DNA from: the human T2T-CHM13v2.0 reference genome, Homo sapiens
Reading direction: 5' to 3' (one strand)
Assembly (NCBI RefSeq): GCF_009914755.1
Contig: NC_060926.1
DNA: 64,000 bases
The notes beneath the pieces are model-generated. The model did not search any database and was not told the origin of the DNA. It saw only the letters and a list, made by a program, of their open reading frames with translations. The translations under genes and the position numbers were made by a program. Positions 51,694-64,000 of this stretch are shown here, in pieces; position 1 is the stretch's first letter; the number at the start of each line of letters is the position of its first letter.

Positions 51694-52947
51694 ATGATAC
51701 ACCAAAACCAAAATTAAATAAACCAAGCTAAAAATCTTCTGCAAAACAAAGGAAACAATCAATGAAATGAAACAGCAGCCTATGGATAGGGAAAATATAT
51801 TTGCAAACTATGTATCTGATAAGGGGTGAATATCCAAAATTTCCTTTTAAAACTCATACAACTCAAAAGTAGAAAAACAAATGCCTCAGTTTAAAAATGG
51901 GAAAAGGACCTGAATAGACATTTCTATGAAGAAGACAAAAATGTGTCCTACAGGTATGTGAAAAGTTGCTCAACATCATTAATCATCAGGAAAATGCAAA
52001 TGAAAGCCACTATGAGATACCAAATCACATGTTAGGATAGCTATTATCAAAAAGCCAGAAGATAACAAATGTTGACAAGAGTGTGGAGATAAAAGAACCT
52101 TGTAAGTATTTGTGAAAATGTAGGTTGGTGCAGCCATTGTGGAAAACAGTATGGAGGTTTCTAAAGAAATTAAAGATAGAACTACTGTATCACCCAGCAA
52201 TCCCCCTTCTGGGCATATACCCAAAGGAAATTAAACCACTACCTCATAAAGATAGCTGCACTTTTATTTTCATTGCAGCATTATTCATAATGGCCAAGAC
52301 ATGAAAACCACCTATGTGTCTGCTGAGGGATGAACAGATAATGAAGTTGTTATATACATGTGATATATATTCCAATGTATGCATAAATATGCATGCATAT
52401 TTGTATGCAAATGTATGGATAAATATGCTTACATTGGAATATTATTCAGCCTTAGAAAAGAATGAGATCTTGACATTTGCTACAACATGGATGAACCTGG
52501 AGGACATTATGCTAAGTGAAATAAGCCAGACACACAAAGAAAATATTGCATGATCTCACTTATATGTGGGATATTTTTTAAAATGTCAAATAAACAGAGA
52601 TGAAGAATAAAACAGTGTTCACCAGAGGTAGGGGTCGGGGGAGAAAATGGGAAGATGTAGGTCCAAAGACAGAAAGTAGCAGTATGTAGGATGAACAAGT
52701 CTAGAGATGTAATGTACACCATGAAGACTATAGGTAACAAAATTGTACTGTATTTGGGATTCCTGCTAAATTAGTAGATATGAGCTGCTCTTGCCACAAA
52801 AACAAAAGCAAAACAATGGGTAACTATGTGAGATAATGGATATGTTAATTTGTTTCACAATAGTAATCATTTTACTATCTATATGAATCACATTACATCA
52901 TGTTGCATACCTTAAATATATATAATAAAATTTATTTTAAAAAAAAT
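51694..52947 (+). mobile_element. L1MA (L1MA6-8-like) 3' part
   Basis: FATTWMNLEDIMLSEISQ remnant; 3' UTR gggtaactatgtgagataatggatatgttaatttg. Confidence 0.88.
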
Positions 52948-55172
52948 AATTAATAAAAAGGTAGAATATACTGCTTCCCCACAGTTAAATGATCCAGAGT
53001 GATAGAGAAGGGGAGAAACTTATCTTTGACAGCAACTATTAATATATCCTTCCCTCCTGGCTTTTTGCTCTAATTGTCTACCCTACTAACAAAACCTACT
53101 TCCCTGCTTCAGCTAAAAAGGTTATTTCATTACTGTTATGTATATTATGTACTGATATGTACATTATTGTTAACAACTTAGGGTATATGCCTTCCCATTC
53201 CCAGAGGCATTTAACACAATCCAAAGCCAGTAGGTAAAAGATGGCTTAGGTATGAGTAGTGAAAGGTTTTTGGATCAGACTAGGATTCAGAGAGATGTGA
53301 GGAAATTTTCAAATTTGCCATTGCTCCCAGTATCCCAAATAAAAGAAGATGTGACAAGATATCTCTGTGATTGAGCAATAAACAAAAGAGAGATTATAAT
53401 AGAAGCTCATAGAAAGTTGTCCTGGGAGTGAAGAGAACTAAGTTCTAGAGCCAATCAGCTGTAAATCAGCAAATCACTGGATTTCTTGGAGCCTCTGATT
53501 TTTTGAGGCCTTGAACACTTTGGTGCACAGGAAATGCAGGGTTTATACCCTGGAAGGTAGGAGCCGTAAATCAGAGATTATTGTACAGAAAAGAGGCTCC
53601 TATTAGAACTCTGAATTATTGAATGCAAGAAGGAAATAACTCCATCAATGGTCTCTAGCAAAACAACAATAAAATGTTGTAAGATACTATGCCATATGAA
53701 CAAAATAACCAATCCAGGAATGAAACTAATAGGAGTTGAATGAAGGCAGGGAGAGGGAGCGTAGGGACAATGATGTTTTTTAACTGCCCAAATTACTTTC
53801 CCCTATAAAAGCGGATTTGTTTAATCCACTGGGTACTGGATACCTAACTTAATAATTTACTATTCAACAAACAAGTTTGATTTTTAGCCAACAGATTTTC
53901 TCACTCTCTTACTTTAAAAGCTCACTTCAAAATCATCTAAAAAAAATTTTCAGTAGGAATTAATGACTTGGCACTTGGGGACAGAGTTGATAAGTGTTTC
54001 ACAAAGACAACTGTTTCAAATCCAAGTCTCTGAAAAGTGATTATTTCAGTCATGTCTGCTGAAATCTGTGATTCAGCTATGGTTAAGAGAAGCTGAGTGG
54101 TCAACCGACATGCTTACCCCCATTAAGCCTTTGAATCAGCATCTCGATTTATTGCATAAATTTACTTAAGAAGTTATACAAGTCATAACTAACTTGAATC
54201 CTTTCCTTTAAAATACTTAGCAACCTAATTCAGCAATAATTTATAATATGTTTTAACTAACCAATATATAAACATGAAAGAAAGCAAACATCTTATGCTT
54301 TTGGCTTATTAGAATGTTGCTCTATTTTCTACTCTGTCTCAAACTTGCTATGTCTCATTGATTTATGGAACTCAATCTTTAGGGTGAAAAAAAACAAAAC
54401 AAAACACCAGAGGTGGGTATACAAGTGGGATTATGGGACTTCCTTTCTTTCAGAAAAGAATTCTTGCTGAAGCCTGGTCTAATGTGATGATTAATTTTAC
54501 AGAGCTGTCCCTGACCGATGTCACTATAGCAATGAAAATAAACTATGAGACTAGGATTCAGCCAGAGGGGAAAAGTTCATTAAGAAATAAAAGTAGGTAC
54601 AAAATTGCTCATTAAAGTGGCTAACCAGGGTTGTTTTATGAGAAGATGGATTAAAAAAAAATAAAGGGTTACCATGTATTTTAAAGAGATGAATTCAAAT
54701 GTGACTCATAGATTCCGGTTTCAATATAATTCCGTGGAATATAACAGTTTAGCTCCATGGAAAAAGACGATAGTTAGTGGACCCTATTATAAAATTTGAA
54801 ATATTTTAACATGAAATCTGACTTGCCCACAAGCTGCAAAAAGTATACCATTAGCTTCAGAATTGTGAACAAAAAAGAGCATAATTATTTTCTTCGCCTC
54901 GAGCCTGGTCCAAGGCAAAGAAAATCCCACTCAAGATGTTTCTATCTAAATCTGAATGCAAAGAATTTTTTTTGGAAATTGGAAATCATTTTTAGCAGCT
55001 TCTAACACTTCGTTGAGCATCTAAGGGATTGCTTTAAGAATGATTTGGTCCATTAGAAACTAGTCAACACACACAAAAGTTGGATGCTTTCCTTAGCTAC
55101 AAGGAAAAAGTAACTCTAAAGTTTATCCTTAAAAATACTGTCATATCTTCCTATGGTTATCACTTCATTCAA

Positions 55173-55191
55173 AATAGATGGATAGATAGAT

Positions 55192-55237
<46 letters not shown>
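55173..55237. repeat. (GATA)n tetranucleotide STR, about 11 uninterrupted units
   Basis: Visible directly. Confidence 0.95.
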
Positions 55238-58149
55238 AAGAATATCCCAGATTCTGAAGGCTGAATAGATACCTAAGGAATGTATGATATGTTAGATTCT
55301 GTTTCTGAAAGAAAAAATATGTGTTTTTTAACATGGAAAACTGGTTAGTCCATTTCAAAATGTGAGTCAAATCTTTATATCTCATTACAGAGCCTTTTAA
55401 AAAGTACAACAATGAATGTGAGTACAGCTCCTTCCCCCAAAATGCAGTCTGATATTTAGAAATTTTGAGTAAGGAAGCTAAGAGTCTGAGGAATCAGGTT
55501 TTATAATATAATCCAGATTAGCTAAAAGTCAGCTTGAAAAGACACTGATAATTCACTTAAGCCTTGTTGTTTGCTCATCCTGATACCAGCATTGTGTTAT
55601 GTTATAGGAAAGTTTCTGGCCTGGAAGTTTATCATGGAGAGCAGGATGTTCTGGGTCCACTACTGTTAGAGGTCCGCTACTGTTACTGTGAAATACAAAA
55701 TGTGAAACAGTCAGAGGAAAGAAAGACTCAAATTGTTCTGGGTCAAAAGCAAGGATGTTCAACATGATATGATTTTCTTTGAGAGCTTGGCAGGGGGAAT
55801 GGTAAGGATCAACTCTGATTCCATTAGTAATAAAGCTGAGCCGAGGAAAGAATTCAGTCAAATAGCCCATTTTATCTCACTGACTTCTAGTTTTGAGCTA
55901 TTTCCCTTGTTTATGATGTTTTATTGTTTGCTTTGAGTTATTTCTTTTGCAAATTAGTTAGATTTATTTTCTTTCTCTGTTGGGAAGTGTGGTGAAAATG
56001 AGTCTGGATCTAAATCAGAAACCATGGGTGAAAATTTTGTTGGTCACCAGTTGCTTGTCTAGGTTTATCTTGGGCACAACTCCCTTTCTAAGGCCCCTTC
56101 CAGCTCACTACATTATTATTACGCTCTGTGCCAACCACAGCTGCCTAATATTAACTGATTGTGCCACTTCTGAATTACTGCTTGGGAAGCAGGACCTACT
56201 GGTTTTATTTCTTTTATTACCCATGACCCCACAGAAAGGCAGATTGGCTAGGAAAAAATAAATAAATAATGTGGGCTAGTAAATGCTTCTGGTGCTTATT
56301 TACCCTCACTCTGTTGCTCACCCCTTCTTTATCCTCACAGTCTCAATCCCGATTCCCGTCTATTTTGGTTTCAGCTGATTATATTGTTCTTTTATTTAAT
56401 TTTTCCCTTGCATTTTCCATTCACTTAGAACAGAATCCCACATTAAATGAGGCTCCAGGCTCACTTAAGGGTGCATTTTGCAAACCAAATAAAGTAAAAT
56501 CATCAGTAAATTCCAAATTTATTATGCTCTTCTACACATGTACAAATTCCAGTAAGGCTCTAGTTATGAACATAATTCTAAGACAAGGATTCCAGATGCA
56601 ATTAATAATTTTTTCTAACCATGTTGTTTATTTTAAGTGCATGAGAAGGATGTAATATATTCAACTTTGAAGGAAAAAATGTTCAGAGACAACTTGGACA
56701 GACAGAAGCCAAACCATAGCTTGACATAAATTGCTTGGCATATAAGAAAATCCTGAAACAAGGACAAATCAGGATCTATCAGAGCAAATACAGAAGACTG
56801 GTGAGAAAAAATGGTTTTGTAACTTCCAAAGCTACATAGTCCAATGTTCTACCATAAATTGTACTATAGGAAATTGATTTCAGTGCTTAACACTGTCAAA
56901 TATCCTTTCTTTTGGAGGTGAAAAAAGACTCAGGCTTAGGGACAGTAACTAGCTGCTTAACAACGGAGCAGATACTGTAATGGCAACCTCAAGACTTTTG
57001 CTTAGAACCATTGTGAACATTTCACACATTTGCCTTCTCAATTCAAGAACCAGCCAACATTTCTGCTCTTTTGAAACTTGTTTTACATATTGGAGTTCTA
57101 GCCTATTGGTCCTTCTTGCTTTCCAGGTTTTTCAAACTAATATTGTTTCGTACTTAAAGCACTGTATGCATTCTGGACGCTCTGAGAAAGCAGAGTAGGG
57201 CAGGATGCTACAACAGAGAAGTACCCACTGTAAATACTTCTGCTGCTTTGGGTCAGTTTCCTTGGGACTCCCAGGAAGATGCTCTTTGTCTCAACATAGT
57301 GGTCAGGATGGCAAGAGCATGAGGTGCTGGGACACTTGGCTTCCGCCACTCCTTGGTAAGAAGATTGCTTCCAGTACACCATCTATGGAGATGATTCTTT
57401 CCTTAAGCTGCCAGCACCTATCTTCAGGCCAAAGGAGTATTTCTGGATTCTCACAAGCTTATATAATATGCATATTTGTATATATGTATGTGTGTATACA
57501 TATGTATATATGTGTATATGAAATAATTTTTAAATACTGGATTATTTTTCCTTCTCTATATTTTCATGCCCCAGAGTATAAAAATAAAAACAGATCTTAA
57601 CTCTCAGAAGAAAATAAACAATTTCACCAAGATATATGCTCTGCAGATATTCACAAAAGCTGAGTTCGTTATCTATTATTAGATTTCAAGATTATCATAC
57701 CTATTTATACATAAAACCTCCTCCCCAAATGTCTCTCTCTTTCCCTCTTTCTCCACCAACATCAACTGAGTTCTACCTCTATCATTTTATAGTGGACAAA
57801 GAACTAATGGCTTTTAATATTAAGCTCTTGCACCTTGGAGCCTGAAATTTCCACTATGACTGCTTTTTTTTTAGTGGGATTTAAAAGCAGAGTAAGTGAT
57901 AAAAAGTTTAAAAATGTATTATACATTAGTGCTACAGACAATAGGTCATAGAGAAATAGGACACAGGACAGGGAAATTTTGATAAGTTTAGAGATGGAGA
58001 ACCAGTGGGAAGGGGAAGGCCAATTGAAAAGCTGGTAGGCTGTGAGTTAGTAGTAGGCTGGTTGAGGGAGGGTCTGGGAGAAGGAGTGATTTCTAACACT
58101 GAGAAAGCAGCAGAAGTACTTCTGATGACAATTCACTCACTACATGACA

Positions 58150-58441
58150 TTTTTTTTTTTTTCTTGAGTGTCGCTCTGTCACCCATGCTGGAGTGCAGTG
58201 GTGTGATCTCGGCTCACTGCAACCTCCGCCTCCCGAGTTCAAGTGATTCTCCTGCCTAAGCCTCCCAAGTAGCTGGGACTACAGGCACACACCACTACAC
58301 CCAGCTAATTTTAGTATTTTTAGTAGAGACAAGGTTTCACCAGGTTGGCTAGGCTAGTCTTGAACTCCTGACCTCAGGTGATCTTCCCGCCTCAGCCTCC
58401 CACAGTGCTGGGATTACAGGCATGAGCCACCATGCCCAGCC
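58150..58441 (-). mobile_element. AluS (Sx/Sz-like)
   Basis: ctcctgacctcaggtgatc; TSD tacatgacatttt. Confidence 0.95.
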
Positions 58442-59779
58442 TACATGACATTTTCTTGAGTTGATGATAGGTGTGATAGGTGTATGTTAAATTAAAACTC
58501 ATTCATTCTGTTAGTTATTCTTGAGCTGGGCCAAAATATAAGTACTAAAGGATGTAGTAATAGCTTAAGGGGACAGGTTGAGTCACTGTATAAAATGCAT
58601 ACTAAACCACAATAGCATTCATGAACATGAACCTCTTAGCCACATAGCCTTGAGTTCCTCAAGGTAAGCAGAGTTCGAGTAGATTTGAGCCATCTTCACA
58701 CAAAATCTAAAGATCTTTCTAAATTGTGATTATCCAGAGGCATGTACTCCACCACAGTGACAGACTTCTTTTTCAAAATTGTGCTCATTATCTTAACCGC
58801 AGCAGAATTTCCAAGATTGACCAAATAATTTCAAGACATATAAAAGAATACTGGTATTACATATGTATTTTCTATTTCATTAAACTTGTAGTCACATTTA
58901 ATTTAATTAACTAGGTTTTAAAATGTTCTCTTAAGCACCGACTAGATGTCACTGACCCATTGGTATTAGGAATCAAAGTAATATTCCCACAAATTTAATA
59001 ATTGTTCAAATTAATTTCTCCTAAATTTCAACATACTTTGATCTATTCTAAGAAATTTGGTCATTTTTACTGCCTGATATATGTCAGGGAACCCACTATT
59101 GTGCTGTTCATTTAGATATTACAAAGTACAACCTTTTAACAGACCTTTTAAATAATTACTAGGGATTCAAATTTAATTCAATCTCATATGGAACTACCAA
59201 TGCAAATAATTCATATAACAACTGAAGAGGCAGATACTTTCTACACATAGCTAAGTTTTCATACAACATAAAACAACAATAATATCAAAGCTAACTTTTC
59301 ACTCTTGGGCTTAGCAAATTTATTTTGACATCGATTGTATATTCCAACTTCAGAAGCATTAAAATATGAAAACCATACATCTTTGTTTCAATGAGGTATA
59401 GTTTAGATAACCTCTTTGCCTCTACTTTTATATAAAGTATTCCTTAAGTTCTGACCCTTTTATCATTCTTTATTTTTATATGCTGTTAATCTCAACTTCT
59501 TCTACTTGCTCTTATACCCTAATAACGTCCAATATATCACTATAAGCTTGCTTATCTGCCCTTCAGTAGCCCTCCTTATTTAATCACTTTTGTTACTTTT
59601 TTCTTTTAAAAATATTAAGATGTTGCATCTCATTACTTCTTTAAGTTACTCACCCATTGCCCTCCATCTTTTCAGCATAATTTCTTTAAAGGGGTAATTC
59701 CTTACCTCTACTTTCTTACTATCCACCTTCTAAAGAATGAATGCTTTTCTGACCTAAGGTTCCCTTACAGTCATTTTAG

Positions 59780-60705
59780 ATTTTCCTTCCTTACAGAGCT
59801 AATATTTGAGAAAAGTAGTGTACATTCATTGTCTCTTTCCCTGTCACATATTCACTATTTACTTCACCTCAATATGGTATCTCCTCCCATTACTACACTA
59901 AAAGCACTATTTTCATGGTTTTTGATAACTTTCTTGTTGCTAGATCCAATGGGTGGTTATCGGTTCTTATGTCAATGGACATCTTTGCAGCATTTGAAAT
60001 CAATCTATCCCGATAGGTACTCTCCCTTCCCTTGCTTTAGGTGACACTGCTCTATCAGGGGTTTCTTCCTACTCCTCCAACCAATTCTACTTAGTCTCTT
60101 GAAGGTTCTTCCTTTATATGTCTCTTCACAATGTTTATGTTCTCTGCCCTCTTCTCTTCATGCTCTCTCTAGGTAATTCCATTCACTTTCACAGCTTGAA
60201 CTTCCATCCTTTTGCTAATGACTCCCAAATCTACATTTCAGCTCAGAACTCTTCCCTGGACACTAGAATCATAAATCCACTTGCTCTTGGCAATTATCTC
60301 TTGGCATCTCCAACTCAACCCCATCAAAAACTCATTTTATGTGTTCATTTCCTCCATCCCCAACCACCACTGAACCAAATATATTTTTTCTCCTTATTCT
60401 GTACCTGGATGGATGGTACAATCACCTATGTAGTCTTCCAGGCCAGAAGTGTCTAATGGTCTCCTCATTCTATTATTCTGTAAAAGTAATATAGCCTATC
60501 AATCCAAGCATGCCTAGATTACTACTGCAACTTCCTAACTAGTCTTTTTCCCTCCAGTCTTGTCTCACACTTTCATACTTCAACACGATGCTTTCAGAGT
60601 GATGCTTCCAACATACAGATCTGACTATATAACTCTCTATGTTAAAATCATTTCCATGAGTTCTCATTGCTTTCAAGATAGAACCCAAATTGTTAGTCTC
60701 TATGT
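59780..60705 (+). mobile_element. L2 internal/3' fragment
   Basis: tgctaatgactcccaaatctacatttcagctcagaac; cctagattactactgcaacttcctaactagtct. Confidence 0.75.
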
Positions 60706-60884
60706 ACCATGTTCATGGGAATTCTTAATGAGGTAACTGGGCATCTAGGGTCAGAGATCACAAAATAGAACAAGAAAGGTGGTGATAAAAGGGCAACACA
60801 TGTCTTCTACCAGCTGTGTCTGCCTTCCTTCAGTTCTTTGCTTACCATTCTCCTTCAACAACAAAATTTTTAAAAAGCTAGTTA

Positions 60885-61095
60885 TTGCAATGATAGCATA
60901 TACAGAGCTTATTACATTTTTAAAAGTCTATTCACACCCATTGCTTAATTTAATCTTTATTCTACTCTTTGAGGTATTTTTTCATAAGATTTTACAGATG
61001 TGAATACCACAGGTAAGCATTTTCTAATAAACCACGCAGGATCATCACTAAGTGAGGGAAGGCCAGAAATAGTTCTTAAAGGCCTATAGTGTGTT
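60885..61095 (-). mobile_element. MIR SINE
   Basis: atttaatctttattctactctttgagg...attttacagatgtgaatac. Confidence 0.5.
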
Positions 61096-62381
61096 CTCAA
61101 TCCTTGTTCTTTCTACACTTTTCACATGGCATTTCCCAATGTATCTCAAGAGTCCAGAGTTGGAGATTAAAATCATAGGGAAATCTTCTATAAAATAATG
61201 CTGCCTGAGCTCTACTCAGAAATTCACATTCTGTGAAGAGGATTTGGCTTTCTGTATTTTGTGTAAGTTTCTCAGCAATTATAATGCCCAACCAGATGGT
61301 CTTAAATAGGCACATATTTGCCTTCTTTAGATGTTCCTTAAAGTCAAGGTCATCCTCGAATCTCCCATCAAATATCTTTGTACTTTGGACATATCCAGCA
61401 TGCAAAAACTTGTGAATGAAAAGTTATAAAATAGTTCTATTATATGCCCTATCCAGAAAAATAATCAAATTCAAACCTTGTTCTTGAGGAACAAAGTTAA
61501 TGTCAAAATTCAGAAGACTAAGCTTTACAAAATTAAAACAAACAAACAAAAAAAAACTGAACAAAATAAAAAATCAAAGAAAAATGTTTGTTCACTGTCT
61601 GGGGTTTGAAATGTGGCCCTAGAAAAATAAACAGTTATAATCTGTTAGAAGCAGTTTGCAGATGATGTTCTAATCAATTCTCTTATAAACTAGCCTCACT
61701 AACCTACACTTAGCACTGCCTAAATTATGCTTTTGTAACAACTTGCATAATCTCCTTTTTGCATCTATCTTTCCTTCATGTAACTGATCTTAGAGGACAT
61801 TGACAGTGTTGGACTAAATGATGGAAGTACCTCTTTTGTTATTGTTGTCTTTTGGCCCAGATGGGAAAGATGCTCTTACACACTCATTTTTAATGGCTGT
61901 GAATGTACAATTTTTTTAAAAGAACAAGAAGAGGGAAAACTGGTTAATAAAATGAAACTATATTAACTTCTGCTCCATGATACTTGAGAAATACTAGGAT
62001 AATAACATTTACAAGCCATGCTTTTAAAAAAAAAATTTGCCATCCAAATCAGTTACATAGTCCTCTGCCACTCTTCACTCTTGAATATTTTTCCAGAAAA
62101 AGAAAATGTCTTCCAATGTTCTAGATGCCTCTGAGCAAGACAGACCTCCCCATTAACAATAAGTGCAGAAACCCTGTAATTTCTGCAAAAGGGAGATTAC
62201 CCTCCAGGCTACAGATGGGCTTGGGGACCTGACTGAGATGGTTTGCAGCACAGGGCATACCAGATGTTTTCAAGAAAAGCTGGGAAAGATAATTCAGCAT
62301 TGATTTAGAAGAGCACCTTTCAAATGTGTCCACCTGTAATGGTAATACATGTATTTTACATAATGACCCAGTATATAAGAA

Positions 62382-62382
<1 letters not shown>

Positions 62383-62423
<41 letters not shown>
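62383..62423. repeat. (TG)n microsatellite
   Basis: Visible directly. Confidence 0.95.
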
Positions 62424-62424
<1 letters not shown>

Positions 62425-63274
62425 CTTGAAACTAAATTTACAAGAGAAAGTTTCACAATCCATTAATAGGTCATGAAATCAATTCCACATGTGTCTTTTT
62501 TAAAAAATTAGCATTTTTAAAAAAAGTATAGAAAAGAAAATGTTAGTTTTTATTTTACACATTAAAGGTAAATATTGTTTTGTGATTTCAGTTGTGTACA
62601 ATAATTTCTAAAAGGCATAAGCTCATAAGAGATTCTTAAATTTAAAGAAATCAAATTAAGTAATAATGTCCATGAAAAAATATAGAATAAGCTTTTGCCA
62701 ACCAATGGGTTCCAGGAAGTTTTAATCATTCAGTCAACAAAAATGTATGAACAAAGACTGTGTTTTAGTTACCTTGCTAACCAGAAGGGAAGAGGAGAGT
62801 TTCCTGTTCTTGGACTGTTTTAAGCACAAAATCTTCAAATTTCTTCTCTGTCCACTGGTCATTCCAGTCTTAGCTTTACCTACTGAGGGATAAATATAAG
62901 CAAAGCTCTGGGGAAAGGTAAATACAATTGGAAAAACACATGTGTTGCTGTCTTATCACTACTTTTCTTGCTCTGTTTTGGGATGTCTGACCCTGGATGC
63001 TCAGTACTCTCATTACACATTTCTTTAGCTTGGGGTCTGCAGATCTGATGCCCATCTAAGATCAGAGCTCTGGAGACAGTGACTTCCACTTCTGATTCAT
63101 CAAAATACACCTGCCCTACCAAAATACACATGCCATGTCCTTGGTCTCAGAAATAAGAGGGATGAGACATTAATGGTAATAGTGTCTGAATATATCTTTG
63201 CAGATAGCATCATCATTTTCATCATTTTGACAGGGGCACCCCAATAGCATGTGTACTGTAAATAATTTAGGCTA

Positions 63275-63494
63275 AGTCACTTCATTATTTAACTGAAGAA
63301 ATACTGAAGGAGGCTAGATGGATACTGTCCCTGCCCTAATTGGGCTTTGAGTCTGGCAGCAAAGACAGACATTAAACGGTAAGCGTAATATAAGATTAGC
63401 ACTAAAAAGGAGCTACGAGAATTTATAACAAGATAATTTAATCAGAACTACGGAGTCAGGCAAGACTTCTGAGACAATGATATTTAAATTGAGG
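63275..63494 (-). mobile_element. L2 fragment
   Basis: actgtccctgccct...agtctggcagcaaagacagacattaaac...gagtcaggcaagacttctgag. Confidence 0.55.
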
Positions 63495-63499
63495 CCTCC

Positions 63500-64000
63500 C
63501 AAACAAAAACATAAAGTGAGGAAAGGACACCATTTTCAACATATGATGCTGGGATAATTGGCTAGCCACATGTAGGAGAATGAAACTGGATCCTCATCTC
63601 TCACCTTATACAAAAATCAACTCAAGATGGATTAAGGACTTAAATCTAAGACCTGAAACTATAAAAATTCTAGAAGATAACATTGGAACAACCCTTCTAG
63701 ACATTGGCCTAGGCAAGGATTTCATGACCAAAAACCCAAAAGCAAAAGCAATAAAAACAAAGATAAATAGCTGGGACCTAATTAAACTAAAGAGCTTTTG
63801 CATGGCAAAAGGAACAGTCAGAGTAAACAAGACAACCACAGAATGGGAGAAAATCCTCACAATCTATACATCTGACAAAGGACTAATATCCAGAATCTAC
63901 AACGAACTCAAACAAACCAGTAAAAAAACAAACAATCCCATCAAAAAGTGGGCTAACATGAATAGACAGTTCTCAAAAGAAGATATACAAATGGCCAAAA
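63500..64000 (+). mobile_element. 5'-truncated L1PB (L1PB1-like) ORF2 fragment, continues beyond the right edge
   Basis: gggataattggctagccacatgtaggagaatgaaactggatcctcatctctcacc is typical of L1PB. Confidence 0.9.

Noticed and set aside
58140-58460. Apparent extended TSD (tacatgacat-Tn-cttgagt) suggesting a tailless Alu
   Set aside because: More simply a normal poly-A tail plus a small deletion at the Alu 3' end; ttgag is Alu consensus.

Overview
AT-rich, gene-poor mammalian DNA. AluY, AluS, AluJ, L1PA and an LTR12 solo LTR point to a catarrhine primate, plausibly human. A large part of the window is interspersed repeats: L1PA/PB/MA/MB/MC/ME, HAL1-like pieces, L2, MIR, Alu, ERVL/MaLR/ERV1 LTRs, and the DNA transposons MER20, MER58, MER63, MER91 and Tigger3a. 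I recognise no intact protein-coding gene, and the longer ORFs in the track are broken L1 ORF2 remnants. I found no convincing new biological system. The best observations are small-scale retrotransposition and duplication fossils. These are: a tailless retrocopy of the 5' half of tRNA-Gly(TCC) with a perfect 16-nt TSD (46122-46160); a 248-bp dispersed duplication inside TA filler DNA; an ERVL LTR fragment apparently retrotransposed as a polyadenylated RNA; two insertions at the same target site; an L1 with a 20-nt inverted ORF1 piece; and an old ~220-bp local duplication. A repeat-poor block at ~28.5-33.9 kb carries candidate minus-strand terminal exons, downstream of a minus-strand LTR12 promoter. 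Repeat subfamily names come from my recollection of consensus sequences, not from a search. Boundaries of old repeats are approximate.
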